A stretch of DNA of 15,145 nt from an uncultured Chloroflexia bacterium (GCA_963726245.1 CAVSBT010000023.1:1-15145), one strand, 5' to 3'. Positions 1 to 10,025 are shown, counted from the stretch's first letter. Made by a program: numbers and translations. The notes: generated from the sequence alone by a model not told the origin.

Positions 1-2
1 CC

Positions 3-2078
3 GCCCCAGTTCCCAGTTCCGAGCTCCCAGTTCCTAGGTACATCACCATCGCCACGACGCGGCCCGAGACGATAGTGGCCGACACAGGCGTGGCCGTGCA
101 CCCCAAGGACGGGCGCTACCGGTCCCTCGTGGGCAGGAAGGCGCTCCTCCCCATCATCAACCGGGAGATTGTCATTGTCGCCGACGAGGCCATCGACCCG
201 GAGTTCGGCACTGGCGCCCTCAAGGTGACCCCTGGCCACGACCCCGTGGACTTCGACATCGGGCAGCGCCACGGCCTGCCCGTGATCAGCGCCATCGCCC
301 TGGATGCCACCATGAATGAGGACGCGGGCCCCTACAAGGGCATGGACCGGGACGAGTGCCGGCGGGCCATCGTGCGGGACCTGGAGGAGCAGGGCTACCT
401 GGTGAAGACGGAGCCCTACGTTCACTCCGTCGGCCACTGCTACCGCTGCGACAGCGTGGTGGAGCCCCTGGTCAGTCTCCAGTGGTTCATGCGCATGTGT
501 CAGCCGCTGGCGCGACCGGCCATCGAGGCGGTGAAGGACGGCCGTATCCGCTTCGTGCCGGAGCGCTTCACCAAAGTCTACCTGAACTGGATGGAGAACA
601 TCCGCGACTGGTGCATCTCGCGCCAGCTCTGGTGGGGCCATCGCATCCCCGTCTGGTACTGCGCCGACTGCGGCGGCCAGACGCTGGCCCCTCTACCCGG
701 CGCAGGCGATCCCCTGGCGAACCCGGACCACTGCCAGCACTGCCAGTCTCCCCGTATCGAACAGGACCCCGATACCCTGGACACCTGGTTCTCGTCCGGC
801 CTCTGGCCGCACTCCACCTTGGGCTGGCCCGACGACACCGAGGACCTCCGCTACTTCTACCCCACCTCCGTCATGCAGATGGGATACGAGATCCTCTTCT
901 TCTGGGGGGCCCGCATGATCATGACCGGGCTCTACAACATGGGCCAGATCCCGTTTCGCACCGTCTACCTGCATGGCCTCATCCGTGACGACCAGGGCCG
1001 CAAGATGAGCAAGACGGTGGGTAACGTGGTGGACCCGGTCGAGGTCATCGAGCGCTACGGCACCGACGCCCTCCGCTATGCCCTGGCCACGGGCAGCAGC
1101 CCCGGCAACGACATGAAGCTCTCGGAGCAGAAGCTGGAGGCCGGACGCAACTTCGCCAACAAGCTCTGGAACGCCGCCCGCTTCGTTCTCACCAACCTGG
1201 ACGGCGCCAGGCTCGAGCGCCCCTCCCTCGACCGGCGGCAGGCCATGCCCCTGGAGGACCGCTGGATCATGTCGCGGCTCCAGCGGGTGACGGCCAGCGT
1301 CAGCCAGCTCCTGGAGCGCTTCGAGCTGGGCGAGGCGGGCCGGCAGGTGCATGACTTCCTCTGGGGCGAGTACTGCGACTGGTATGTGGAGATGGCCAAG
1401 GTGCGGCTACGGGCGGGTGACTCCTCGCCCCTGCCGCTGCTGGTCCACGTGCTGGACAGCAGCCTCCGCCTCCTCCACCCCTACATGCCATACGTGACGG
1501 AGGAGATATGGCAGGCCCTGGCCGGCCACCTGCCGGACCGGGACGCCGAGGCCCTCATCGTGGCGCGCTTCCCGCAGCTCGACCCGGCCTGGCAGGACGA
1601 CGAGGCGGAGGCCCAGGCCGAGGCCGTCATCGAGGTGGTGCGCGCTATCCGCAACATCCGCTCCGAGCGGCGGGTGGAGCCGGCCCGCTTCGTGGAGGCC
1701 CACGTCCAGGCCCGACGCCTGCGGCCCGCCCTGGAGGCCAGCCGTCCCCTCATCGCCACGCTGGCCCGCGCCGAGCCCCTGCACATTGTCGGCGAGGAGA
1801 CGCGCCTGCCAAGCGAGAACGTGGCGACCGCCGTCCTGGCCGACGGCCGGGTGGCCCTGCCCCTGGCCGGGCTCTTCGACCTGGGGGCGGAGCGCAGCCG
1901 CTTCTCCCGGCAGATCGACGAGCTGGAGGGTGAGGTGAGCCGCCTGGAGGCGCGTCTGGCCGACGAGCGCTTCCGCACCCGCGCGCCCGCCGCCGTCGTG
2001 CGACAGGAGGAGGAGCGGCTGGCGTCGGCCCGCTCGCGGCTGGAGGGCCTGCGCGCCCGCCTCGGCGAGCTGGGGTAG
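3..2078 (+). CDS. valS: Valine--tRNA ligase, 5'-truncated by the window edge
   Basis: The frame is open from position 3 (IATTRPETIVADT). It has ValRS motifs FGTGALKVTPGHD, DWCISRQLWWGHRIP, DTLDTWFSS, the class I KMSK(T) motif, GRNFANKLWNA, and a C-terminal coiled coil. Stop TAG at 2076-2078. The HIGH motif lies upstream of the window. Confidence 0.97.
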   Translation, partial: APVPSSELPVPRYITIATTRPETIVADTGVAVHPKDGRYRSLVGRKALLPIINREIVIVADEAIDPEFGTGALKVTPGHDPVDFDIGQRHGLPVISAIALDATMNEDAGPYKGMDRDECRRAIVRDLEEQGYLVKTEPYVHSVGHCYRCDSVVEPLVSLQWFMRMCQPLARPAIEAVKDGRIRFVPERFTKVYLNWMENIRDWCISRQLWWGHRIPVWYCADCGGQTLAPLPGAGDPLANPDHCQHCQSPRIEQDPDTLDTWFSSGLWPHSTLGWPDDTEDLRYFYPTSVMQMGYEILFFWGARMIMTGLYNMGQIPFRTVYLHGLIRDDQGRKMSKTVGNVVDPVEVIERYGTDALRYALATGSSPGNDMKLSEQKLEAGRNFANKLWNAARFVLTNLDGARLERPSLDRRQAMPLEDRWIMSRLQRVTASVSQLLERFELGEAGRQVHDFLWGEYCDWYVEMAKVRLRAGDSSPLPLLVHVLDSSLRLLHPYMPYVTEEIWQALAGHLPDRDAEALIVARFPQLDPAWQDDEAEAQAEAVIEVVRAIRNIRSERRVEPARFVEAHVQARRLRPALEASRPLIATLARAEPLHIVGEETRLPSENVATAVLADGRVALPLAGLFDLGAERSRFSRQIDELEGEVSRLEARLADERFRTRAPAAVVRQEEERLASARSRLEGLRARLGELG
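5..39 (+). repeat. Degenerate 7-bp tandem repeat inside valS (5 units)
   Basis: Consecutive units CCCAGTT CCCAGTT CCGAGCT CCCAGTT CCTAGGT, translated in frame as PVPSSELPVPR. Confidence 0.7.
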
Positions 2079-2133
2079 TCCCCGCGCTCTTCAAGCCCCG
2101 TGTGGTGACCTAGGCACGAGTTCCTCGCCGGGC

Positions 2134-2139
2134 TATAAT
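2134..2139 (+). promoter_or_regulatory. Putative -10 element for a leaderless or near-leaderless transcript of the RM gene
   Basis: Perfect TATAAT in a GC-rich background, ending 8 nt before ATG 2148. No Shine-Dalgarno in between. Confidence 0.65.
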
Positions 2140-2147
2140 GCGGCCAC

Positions 2148-5100
2148 ATGGCGGTTTCGAACGAACGTCTCAGGGAGATCATCGCCGAGCTGGTCAGCCG
2201 TCCCGGACATGAGAAGGTCCGGGCGCTGGTATACACGCTGCTCGTGGACGGGCTCGGCGCGACGAGCTCGGAGGTAGACTTCGAGCGACCCCTACCGGAG
2301 GTGCGGGGTCGGCCGGACGCCCTCTTGGGGCAGACCGTCTTCGAGTTCAAGCGCGACCTGCGAAGAGAGATTCGCGACGCCGAGGAAGAACTCTCACGCT
2401 ACTTGCCAGAACGCGAGCGCCAGACGGGTACCAGGTTCGTGGGCATTGCCACGGACGGCGCCGAGTTCGTGCCCTATGAGATTCGTCACGGTAGGCTCAC
2501 CAGCCTAGCTAAGTTCACGGTCGCGAAGGACGATCCTCGTGCCCTGCTGGTATGGCTCGACTCCGCCGTCTCGGTGCAAGCAGAGCTTGCGCCGGACCCG
2601 GAAACTGTACGGAGTGAGCTGGGACGCGACAGCCTGGCCTACGATATTGCACGCGCTAGGCTCGGTGAGCTGTGGGCGGGGGTGGCGGAGCACCCGGATG
2701 TTCGGCTCAAGCGCCAGTTGTGGGCCGATCTGTTGGAGCGGGTGTATGGTTCCGCCGTGGGTGACGACGGCCTCTTCTTCCAGCACACATACCTGACCAT
2801 CGTGGCGAAAACGATGGCCACCCGCGTCGTGGGGGCGGAGATGCCGGCTGCGGCTGACCTCCTGTCAGGAAGGCCCTTCCAGGAGGCGGGGATCGACGGC
2901 GCTGTGGAGTCGGACTTCTTCGACTGGGTGCTGGCAGGAGAGGGCAGCGCGGATGTGATTGGGCGCATCGCTCGCCAGGTGGCACGGTTCCGGCTGGCCG
3001 ATGTCCAGAGCCGACGTCCTCAAGGGGCTCTACGAATCGCTGATAGACCCACGTCAGCGTCACGACCTTGGTGAGTACTACACCCCTGACTGGCTGGCGG
3101 CGCGCATCTGTGAGCGGGCCATCGACCGCCCGCTGGAACAGAGGGTCTTAGACCCCGCATGTGGGTCCGGCACATTCCTCTTCCACGCGGTCAGGCGCTT
3201 TCTGGCGGCTGCAGACGCCGCGGGGCTCGCCAACGGCGAGGCGCTAAGCCGCTGCTGCGGGCAGGTTTTGGGCATTGATGTACACCCCGTTGCGGTGCTC
3301 ATCGCCCGGGTGACGTACCTGCTGGGCCTGGGCGAAAGGCTGCGCGACCCTGACCGCCCGCGTATGAGCATTCCCGTCTATCTGGGCGACTCCCTTCAGT
3401 GGAACACACGCGGGTTCCTCGCGGAACGCGAGGTGCTGATAGAGGTGCCAGAAGGCGGCCCTGTCCTGGAGTTCCCCTTCGCTGTGGCCCGCGATCCGGC
3501 TCTCTTCGACGCCGTGATCAGGCGGATGCTGGCGTTGAGTGAAGAGGAGGCGCCGCGCGAAGCCCTGGAGGCATGGCTGCGCCGGGAGCACAGCGTGGAT
3601 GATCACACCATCGGCGTGCTAACGCAGACGTACGCCGACTTGCGGGAACTGCGCTCCAAAGGGCAGAACCACATTTGGGGCTTCGTGGCCCGCAATTTGG
3701 TGCGGCCCGTCTGGCTGTCGCAGCACAGCGAGCGGGCCGACGTGGTTGTCGGGAACCCCCTTGGCTTGCGTATGGGTTCATGTCTGAGGCGATCCGCAAG
3801 CGTTTCCGGGCAGAATGCCAGGAGCAGGGGTATGTGGGTCGGAGGGCGTTTTGCCGCTCGGCAGGACCTGTCGGCGTATTTCTTCGCCCGCTGCGTTGAG
3901 CTGTACTTCAAGCCGGAGGGCGTTATCGCGTTCGTGATGCCCTACGGCGTGATGAGCCGCCGGCAGTACGAGCGGTTTCTCAGAGGGGTTTTCGGGCGCG
4001 CGGGCGGGGGTGGGCGCATCGGGCCCATAACATTCGTCCGCTTCACTGAGGCGTGGGTTTTCTCAGACGATGTGCAGCCCTTGTTCCAGGTGCCCTCGTG
4101 CGTGCTGTTTGCCCGCCTGCACGGCGTAGGCGATAGGGGGAAGGTCCTGCCGGGCGGGGTGGAGCGGGCGGTGGGGATCCTGCCGAAGCGGGACGCCAGT
4201 CCAGCCGAGGCGGAGGCTGCGCTGACGTGGCGGGAGGAGCCGTGGCCTGCTCTTGCCGCACGGGAAGGGGCGACGTGGTCGCCATACCACAAGCTTTTTC
4301 GCGAAGGCGCAACAGTGCGGCCGCGCGTGCTCTTCGTGGTGAAGCGGGTACCAGCTGGCCCGCTCGGAGGGACCCCAGCCGCGCCGGTCGTCGAGAGCCG
4401 CCGCACGACGCAAGAGAAGGCACCGTGGAAGAGCCTGGCAGCGCTCCGCAAACCGGTGGAATCAGATTTCCTGCGTCGTCTGTACATGGGCGAGTCAGTA
4501 GCGCCGTTCAGAGTGCTAGCGCCCCTGCTTGCCGTGATTCCGTGGGAAGAGGAAACGAAGCGTTTGCTAGACGGGGAGGCGGCACAACGGGCTGGGTACC
4601 CGCTTCTGAGTCGGTGGCTTCGGGAAGCGGAAGGGCATTGGCTCGAGCATCGCCGCCGTCCGGTCACGCTGGTGGAAGAGCTTGATCACTTCGGGAAGCT
4701 GTCTGCCCAGTTGCCAGGCGATGCTCTGCGCGTCGTGTACACGACACATGGCACGCTGCCAGCAGCCGGGGTCATAAGGGATGCTGCGGGCGTGATCGAG
4801 GATACGCTTTACTGGTTTGAACCCGCGGACTTGGACGAGGCGCGGTATCTCTCAGCGATACTAAACAGCGCAAGCACGCGGCGGAGGATCGAGCATCTTC
4901 AGAGCCGGGGTCAGTGGGGCGCGCGACACATTGTGAAGCTAGTGTTGGAACTCCCGATCCCCCGCTTCGCTTCTGGCAACCGCGTCCACCGGGCCCTGGC
5001 GGAGGCTGCGCAGCGGGCCGAGGAAGTCGCAGCGGGTGTGCCGCTGAGGGAGGGGGAGCACTTCGGGCGGGCCCGCGCTCTGATTCGCAAAGCGCTCGCC

Positions 5101-5154
5101 GAAGACGGCGTCTCCGGTCGGATCGACAGGCTTGTCGACAGGCTGCTGGGGTAG
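2148..5154 (+). CDS. Type IIG-like fused restriction endonuclease / N6-adenine DNA methyltransferase (~1000 aa once three apparent indels are repaired)
   Basis: N-terminal PD-(D/E)xK-like segment GRPDALLGQTVFEFK; motif X LGEYYTP; SAM-binding motif I VLDPACGSGTFL; motif IV NPPW recoverable at 3754-3764 by adding one C; C-terminal target-recognition-like region. ORFs 2148..3074 and 2959..5154 join at ~3011 (DVQS|DVLKGLYESL). Confidence 0.85.
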
Positions 5155-5204
5155 CCCGTCTAGGTTCCGAACAGCGCCTCCACGAGTTCGACTGGCTCTC
5201 CGGC

Positions 5205-5374
5205 TCCCCCTACCCCGCGCAGATGATGGAGCAGTCGGGGCCGTGGATGCGCTCCGCCTCGGCGATGGCCTCCTCGACGGTCGCGGTGGGGATGAAGCCG
5301 ACGTGCCGGGGCACCGCCGGGTCCTCGGCGCCCGCCACGAAGACGCGACCGGCGTGTCGCAGCCGCTTCAGGGG
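5205..5374. repeat. Direct repeat copy 1 (170 bp), duplicate of the LarA-like gene 3' end
   Basis: Aligns without gaps to 13743-13912 (offset 8538) with 10 mismatches. 5286-5347 is a 62-bp perfect match. Confidence 0.97.
5210..5374 (-). pseudogene. Orphan C-terminal 54 codons plus stop of the LarA-like gene
   Basis: Reads PLKRLRHAGRVFVAGAEDPAVPRHVGFIPTATVEEAIAEAERIHGPDCSIICAG*. It has no 5' part, and the phoU stop is only 22 bp upstream. Confidence 0.9.
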
Positions 5375-5396
5375 CGAAGCCGGGGAACGCCCAGGC

Positions 5397-6062
5397 TCAG
5401 TACTTGGAGACGTTTAGCTCCTCTACCTTGCCTTCCACCAGGTACACCACCCGCTCGCAGATGTTGGTCGCCCGGTCGGCGATTCGCTCCAGGTTGTGGG
5501 CTACCCAGATGAGGTAGGTGGCGCGCTGGATGGTGCGCGGGTCCCGGAGCATGAACGTCAGAAGTTCCCTATCGACCTGGTCATAGAGGGCATCGACCTC
5601 GTCGTCTGCGTCGCAAATCGACCGAGCCCGGTCTGCGTCGCGGGCTTTGAAGGCCTCCAGACTACCCATCAGCATGTCGATGGCGACCTGGGCCATCCGG
5701 GGGATATCGATGTAGGGCTTGAGGGGTGGCTCGTCGGCCAGCATGAGGGCGATCTTCGCGATTCCTTCCGCGTGGTCGCCCATGCGCTCCAGGTCAACGA
5801 TGATGTAGAGGACGGCGACGATGGTGCGAAGGTCGCTGGCCAGGGGCTGCTGGGTAGCCATGAGCTCCAGGCACTTCTCCTCAGTCTCGTAGCGCTTGCG
5901 GTTGATCTTGAGGTCGTCGGCGATGATCTGGCGGGCCAGCTCTACGTCACGATTGCGCAAGGCCTGGATACCCCGTTCGATGGCACTCTCCACCATGTTC
6001 GCCAGGACCAGCATGTCCTCCTGGATCTCGACAAGCTGGCGTTCGAAGGCAGTGCGGGTCAT
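5397..6062 (-). CDS. phoU: Phosphate signalling complex protein PhoU
   Basis: Motifs QQPLASDLR, DLERMGDHA, DDEVD and LERIADRATNICE; 221 aa; GGGAG RBS; directly after pstB. Confidence 0.97.
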   Translation of the reverse strand: MTRTAFERQLVEIQEDMLVLANMVESAIERGIQALRNRDVELARQIIADDLKINRKRYETEEKCLELMATQQPLASDLRTIVAVLYIIVDLERMGDHAEGIAKIALMLADEPPLKPYIDIPRMAQVAIDMLMGSLEAFKARDADRARSICDADDEVDALYDQVDRELLTFMLRDPRTIQRATYLIWVAHNLERIADRATNICERVVYLVEGKVEELNVSKY

Positions 6063-6076
6063 GGCTTGCGCTCCCT

Positions 6077-6952
6077 CTAGCCGAAGCGGCCCGTGATGTA
6101 GTCCTCGGTTCGCTTGTCCTTGGGATAGGTGAAGACGTCCCGCGTGGACCCGAACTCTATCATCTCGCCCGCCCGATCCTCCCCCATCATCATCACCGCC
6201 GTGTAGTCTGAGACACGCGCAGCCTGCTGCATGTTATGGGTGACGATGATGATCGTGTACTCGCGGGCCAGGTCCCGCATGAGGTCCTCGATCTTGAGAG
6301 TGGCGACGGGGTCGAGGGCGCTGCAGGGCTCGTCCATGAGAATGACTTCAGGCTCGATGGCCAGGGCGCGGGCGATGCAGAGGCGCTGTTGCTGGCCACC
6401 GGACAGCTCGGTGGCCGGCCGGTTAGGCTTGTCCTTCACCTCGTCCCAGAGGGCGGCCTGGCGCAGGCTGCGCTCTACTGTGTCTCCTAGAGCGCTGCGC
6501 CGCACAAGAAAACCGTTGAGGCGCAGGCCGGCCGCGACGTTGTCGAAGATGGACATCGTGGGGAAGGGGTTAGGCTTCTGAAAGACCATGCCGACGCGAC
6601 GGCGAACCAGCACCGCGTCCGTTCCGGGAGCGTAGATGTCATCTCCTCGCAAGAGCACCTCGCCGGAGACCCGGGCCCTGGGGGTCACCTCGTGCATCCT
6701 GTTGAAGCACCGTATCAGCGTCGACTTGCCGCAGCCGGACGGACCGATGATGGCGGTAATGCGCCTAGGTGGAACCAGCAGGCTGACCTCACGCAGCGCC
6801 TGGAACGACCCATACCAGGCGTTCAGGTCGCGGACGACCAGCCCCTCCGATAAGGCCTCTGTCTCAGAGACTGTGCCTTGCGCTTCGCTCTCCACACGCA
6901 TCTCATAGGCCATTATAGGGGCCTCACTCTCGAGTTGGGAATCTGTGGTCAT
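6077..6952 (-). CDS. pstB: Phosphate ABC transporter ATP-binding protein
   Basis: Walker [20 protein letters not shown], signature [13 protein letters not shown], Walker [18 protein letters not shown]-terminal [10 protein letters not shown]. Exact start uncertain (ATGs at 6952, 6913, ~6901). Confidence 0.97.
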   Translation of the reverse strand: MTTDSQLESEAPIMAYEMRVESEAQGTVSETEALSEGLVVRDLNAWYGSFQALREVSLLVPPRRITAIIGPSGCGKSTLIRCFNRMHEVTPRARVSGEVLLRGDDIYAPGTDAVLVRRRVGMVFQKPNPFPTMSIFDNVAAGLRLNGFLVRRSALGDTVERSLRQAALWDEVKDKPNRPATELSGGQQQRLCIARALAIEPEVILMDEPCSALDPVATLKIEDLMRDLAREYTIIIVTHNMQQAARVSDYTAVMMMGEDRAGEMIEFGSTRDVFTYPKDKRTEDYITGRFG

Positions 6953-6965
6953 CCTGCGCTTCCTG

Positions 6966-7805
6966 TCATTTTCTGGTCAGTACGAGTCGGGCTGTCAGGC
7001 TGATGAGGAACACCATCATGACCAGGACGAAGGACGCCGCCCAGGCCTGCTGGTGCCACTCGGGGTAAGGGCCGGTGCCATAACGCCAGATGCGTAGCGG
7101 CAAGGCATCGATAGGACCGCCGGTGACGCTCAGGGTCCACAGACGGTTGCCCAGGACGGTGAAGATGAGGGGCGCCGTCTCACCCCCGGCCCTCGCCACG
7201 GCCAGCAGACTGCCCGTAACCAGCCCCCGCCGCGCCGCGGGGATGATGACGCTGAGTATCGTCCGCCAGCGGGTGATGCCGAGGGCGAGGGCGGCCTCCC
7301 GCTGCGAGCGAGGCACCAGCTTCAGCATCTCCTCGCTGGAGCGGGCGACGATGGGCAGCATGATAACGGCCAGGGCTACCCCACCGGCCAGGGCCGAGAA
7401 GTGCCCCATCTTGAGCACTATTGCGCCATAGATGAAGACGCCGACCACGATGGAAGGCACGCCGGTCAAGACATCGGCGGTGAAGCGGATGACGTTCGCC
7501 AGGCGAGCGCCGGCGTACTCGCACAGGAAAACGCCCGCTCCCACGCCTACGGGGATGCCAATGAAGGCAGCGATGCCGATGGTCAGCAGCGAGCCGACTA
7601 TGGAGTTCGCGACGCCTCCGCCGGGCTCACCCAGGGGTGTCGGCATGTGAGTGAAGAAGTCCAGGTTCAGCGACCTGATGCCGTTGACCAGCACAAAGCC
7701 CAGTATCAGCGCCAGCACTCCAACAGCTACGAAGGCCGAGGCCGCGCAGAAGCCGAGCGCCACGGCGCTCGCGGTCTTCCGCCGACGGTACGTTATGCTG
7801 CTCAT
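6966..7805 (-). CDS. pstA: Phosphate ABC transporter permease PstA
   Basis: Motifs [26 protein letters not shown] and [10 protein letters not shown]. Start placed at ATG 7805 ([10 protein letters not shown]), overlapping the pstC stop as ATGA. Confidence 0.95.
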   Translation of the reverse strand: MSSITYRRRKTASAVALGFCAASAFVAVGVLALILGFVLVNGIRSLNLDFFTHMPTPLGEPGGGVANSIVGSLLTIGIAAFIGIPVGVGAGVFLCEYAGARLANVIRFTADVLTGVPSIVVGVFIYGAIVLKMGHFSALAGGVALAVIMLPIVARSSEEMLKLVPRSQREAALALGITRWRTILSVIIPAARRGLVTGSLLAVARAGGETAPLIFTVLGNRLWTLSVTGGPIDALPLRIWRYGTGPYPEWHQQAWAASFVLVMMVFLISLTARLVLTRK

Positions 7806-8788
7806 TCGGCGATCAACTCTGGCGAGCGGGCCACCCGCCATACCAGGAGCCTGGCCAGTACGTTCACCAGGAGGGTTATGCCCATGAGGATGAGCGCAAG
7901 CTCCACCAGCGCAGAGGTATAGAGGCTGAACGTGGCCTCGTTGAACTCGCTTGCCAGGGTGCTGGCGGCGGTGCTGGCAGGCTCGAACAGAGCGGCCGTG
8001 ATGTTGTAGCCCTTGCCGATCACCATCGTGACCGCCATCGTCTCGCCAAGGGCCCGGCCCAGGCCCAGGATGATTGCCCCTACCACGCCTGACCGGCAGT
8101 AGGGGAGGACAGCCCCCAGGATCACCTCCCACTTGGTGGCGCCCAGCGCCACCATCGCCTCACGCTGGCTCGCGGGCACGGCCTGCATCACGTCCCGGGA
8201 GATGGCGGTAATGATCGGCAGGACCATGATGGCCAGGACGAGGCCGGCGGACAGCATTCCGAAGCCGCCGAAGACACGCCCCTGGAAGAGAGGGATGAAA
8301 CTGAGATGGCTCAGCATCCGCTTCTCCAGGAAGTCTCCCGCCCAGGGATTCAACACATAGATGCCCCACAACCCGAGCACCACGCTGGGGATGGCGGCGA
8401 GCATCTCCACAAGGAAGGAAAGGGGGTTCCGCAGCCAGGGCGGCGCCATCTCCGAGAGGAAGATGGCCGCTCCCAGGCTCACGGGCACCGCCAGGACTAG
8501 GGCGATGAGGGAGCTGACGAGGGTTCCGTAGATGGCGGGCGCCGCCCCAAACACCCGATGCGCCGCGTCCCAGCGCGTGCCGGTGAGAAAGCCCCAGCCG
8601 AAGGCGCTGATGGACTCGCGTGACTGGAGCACCAGCTCGTAGGTCAGGAAGAAAGCCAGCGCCAGCACCGAGAGCCCCAGCGCGGCGAAGACAGCTCTGA
8701 ATAGGGGGTCGCCCCAGTTGCCGATGCCCCGCGGCCTACGCCTTGCCAGGGCTGGCGCAGTTGTTGAGCCGCCTCTGCCTGGCCGCAC
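7802..8788 (-). CDS. pstC: Phosphate ABC transporter permease PstC
   Basis: Motifs IYGTLVSS, LAAIPSVVLGLWG, REAMVALGATKWE and LGRALGETMAV. GTG start with upstream GAGGAG. Confidence 0.96.
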   Translation of the reverse strand: MRPGRGGSTTAPALARRRPRGIGNWGDPLFRAVFAALGLSVLALAFFLTYELVLQSRESISAFGWGFLTGTRWDAAHRVFGAAPAIYGTLVSSLIALVLAVPVSLGAAIFLSEMAPPWLRNPLSFLVEMLAAIPSVVLGLWGIYVLNPWAGDFLEKRMLSHLSFIPLFQGRVFGGFGMLSAGLVLAIMVLPIITAISRDVMQAVPASQREAMVALGATKWEVILGAVLPYCRSGVVGAIILGLGRALGETMAVTMVIGKGYNITAALFEPASTAASTLASEFNEATFSLYTSALVELALILMGITLLVNVLARLLVWRVARSPELIAE

Positions 8789-8802
8789 TTCTTCTCCTCG
8801 AC

Positions 8803-8819
8803 CCGGTCTGGCCGACCGG
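8803..8819 (-). other. Short hairpin in the pstS-pstC spacer (possible mRNA stabiliser)
   Basis: CCGGTC-tggcc-GACCGG: 6-bp stem, 5-nt loop, right after the pstS stop. No U-tract. Confidence 0.4.
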
Positions 8820-8820
8820 C

Positions 8821-10025
8821 TTAGGGGACCTGAAGCAGGGGCTGACCCTGGTAGCTGATGGACCTAATCTCTGCCTCCGCCTTCTTGACCGCGTCCGGCG
8901 ACAGGGAGGCGTACAGCAGGTCTTTGGTGAATTGCTGGCCGTCGTGGATGGACCACCACAGGTAGTAGACCAGCGCTTGGCCCTTCGCCTGATCGCTTTG
9001 GTTCACGTAGGCGAGTATCCACGTGAACCCCACGATGGGGTAGGCGTCGGGGTTCGATGAGTCGGTCAGGAGCACCTTCATGTCATCGGGAAGCGATATG
9101 CCTATGGCCGCCGCCGTTGCGCCGTCCAGGCTGGGCTCCTCGAACGTGCCGCTCTTGTTGCGAACCGCCGCCCACGACAGGTTGTTCTGGACGGCGTAGG
9201 CCAGCTCAACATAGCCGATGGCGCCAGGGATCTGGCGCACCTGGTTGGCCACGCCCTCGTTCCCCTCGCCGCCGATGTCGCCCGGCCACTCCACGGACGT
9301 GGCGTAGCTCACCTTGTCGCTCCACTCCTGGCTCACCTTCGACAGGTAGTTGGTGAAGATGAACGTCGTGCCGGAGCCGTCAGAGCGGTGCACGACGGCG
9401 ATGTCCGTGTCCGGCAGGTTGACGCCCGAGTTGTCGGCCGACTATGCGGGGGTCGTTCCACTTGGTGATCTTCTTCAGGTAGATGTCTGCCAGGACATCG
9501 GGAGCGAGCTTGAGCTGGCCGTTCTCGACGCCGGGCAGGTTGAAGACCACGGCGACGGCGCCGACCGTCATCGGGATGTGGAGTATGGGCCCGCCGGCGG
9601 CCTCGGCCGCGGCCGTCTGCTCGTCGTTCATGATGCCGTCGCTGGCCCCGAAGTCCACTGTCTTAGCAGTGATCTGCTTGATGCCGCCCCCGGAGCCGAT
9701 GGACTGGTAGTTGATCTGGACCTTGCATTGCTTGCCGAACTCATCGATCCACTTGGAGTAGAGGGGAAAGGGAAAGGTGGCGCCGGCGCCCGTGAGTGAG
9801 GTCGCCGCGCCGGCGGGCGGACAGGATGCTCGCCGCCTGGGCGCTCGGCGATGGCTGGCCGCCCGCTGACCGCGTGGCGGTGGGGCTTTTCGAGCCGCCG
9901 TTGTCGCCTCCGCCGCAGGCGGCCAGCAAAAAGGCCGCGAGTGTCGCGGCCAGGATGCCTGCGAAGAGCGTGAGGAGCTTGCGGGAACGTCTCGTTTTCT
10001 CCGCTCCAGGTGCAATGTGACTCAA
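8821..10025 (-). CDS. pstS: Phosphate-binding lipoprotein PstS, split over three frames by two apparent +1 indels (~9831 and ~9438)
   Basis: AGGAGG (10032-10037) then TTG start at 10025. Basic plus hydrophobic signal with lipobox LAAC. Motifs TGAGATFP, YQSIGSGGG, VDFGASD, HRSDGSGTT, GAIGYVE and AYPI. Confidence 0.93.

Noticed and set aside
116-2350. Many alternative-frame and antisense ORFs over valS (e.g. 356..988, 693..1352, 1481..2350)
   Set aside because: Shadow ORFs expected in high-GC DNA. They overlap a clear essential gene and have low-complexity R/G/P/A composition.
2959-3074. Two separate RM genes, or a programmed ribosomal frameshift, at the overlap
   Set aside because: Removing one C at 3011-3012 gives a continuous DVQSDVLKGLYESL sequence. 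There is no slippery heptamer, and similar indels occur elsewhere in the window.
4914-5512. Plus-strand ORFs 4914..5417 and 5132..5512, the first sharing peptide with 13761..13976
   Set aside because: The shared peptide is the antisense reading of the 170-bp repeat. The coding sense is the minus-strand LarA C-terminus.
7806-8132. 109-aa N-terminal extension of PstA in the ORF track
   Set aside because: It overlaps pstC in another frame. The ATGA-coupled start at 7805 gives a normal PstA.
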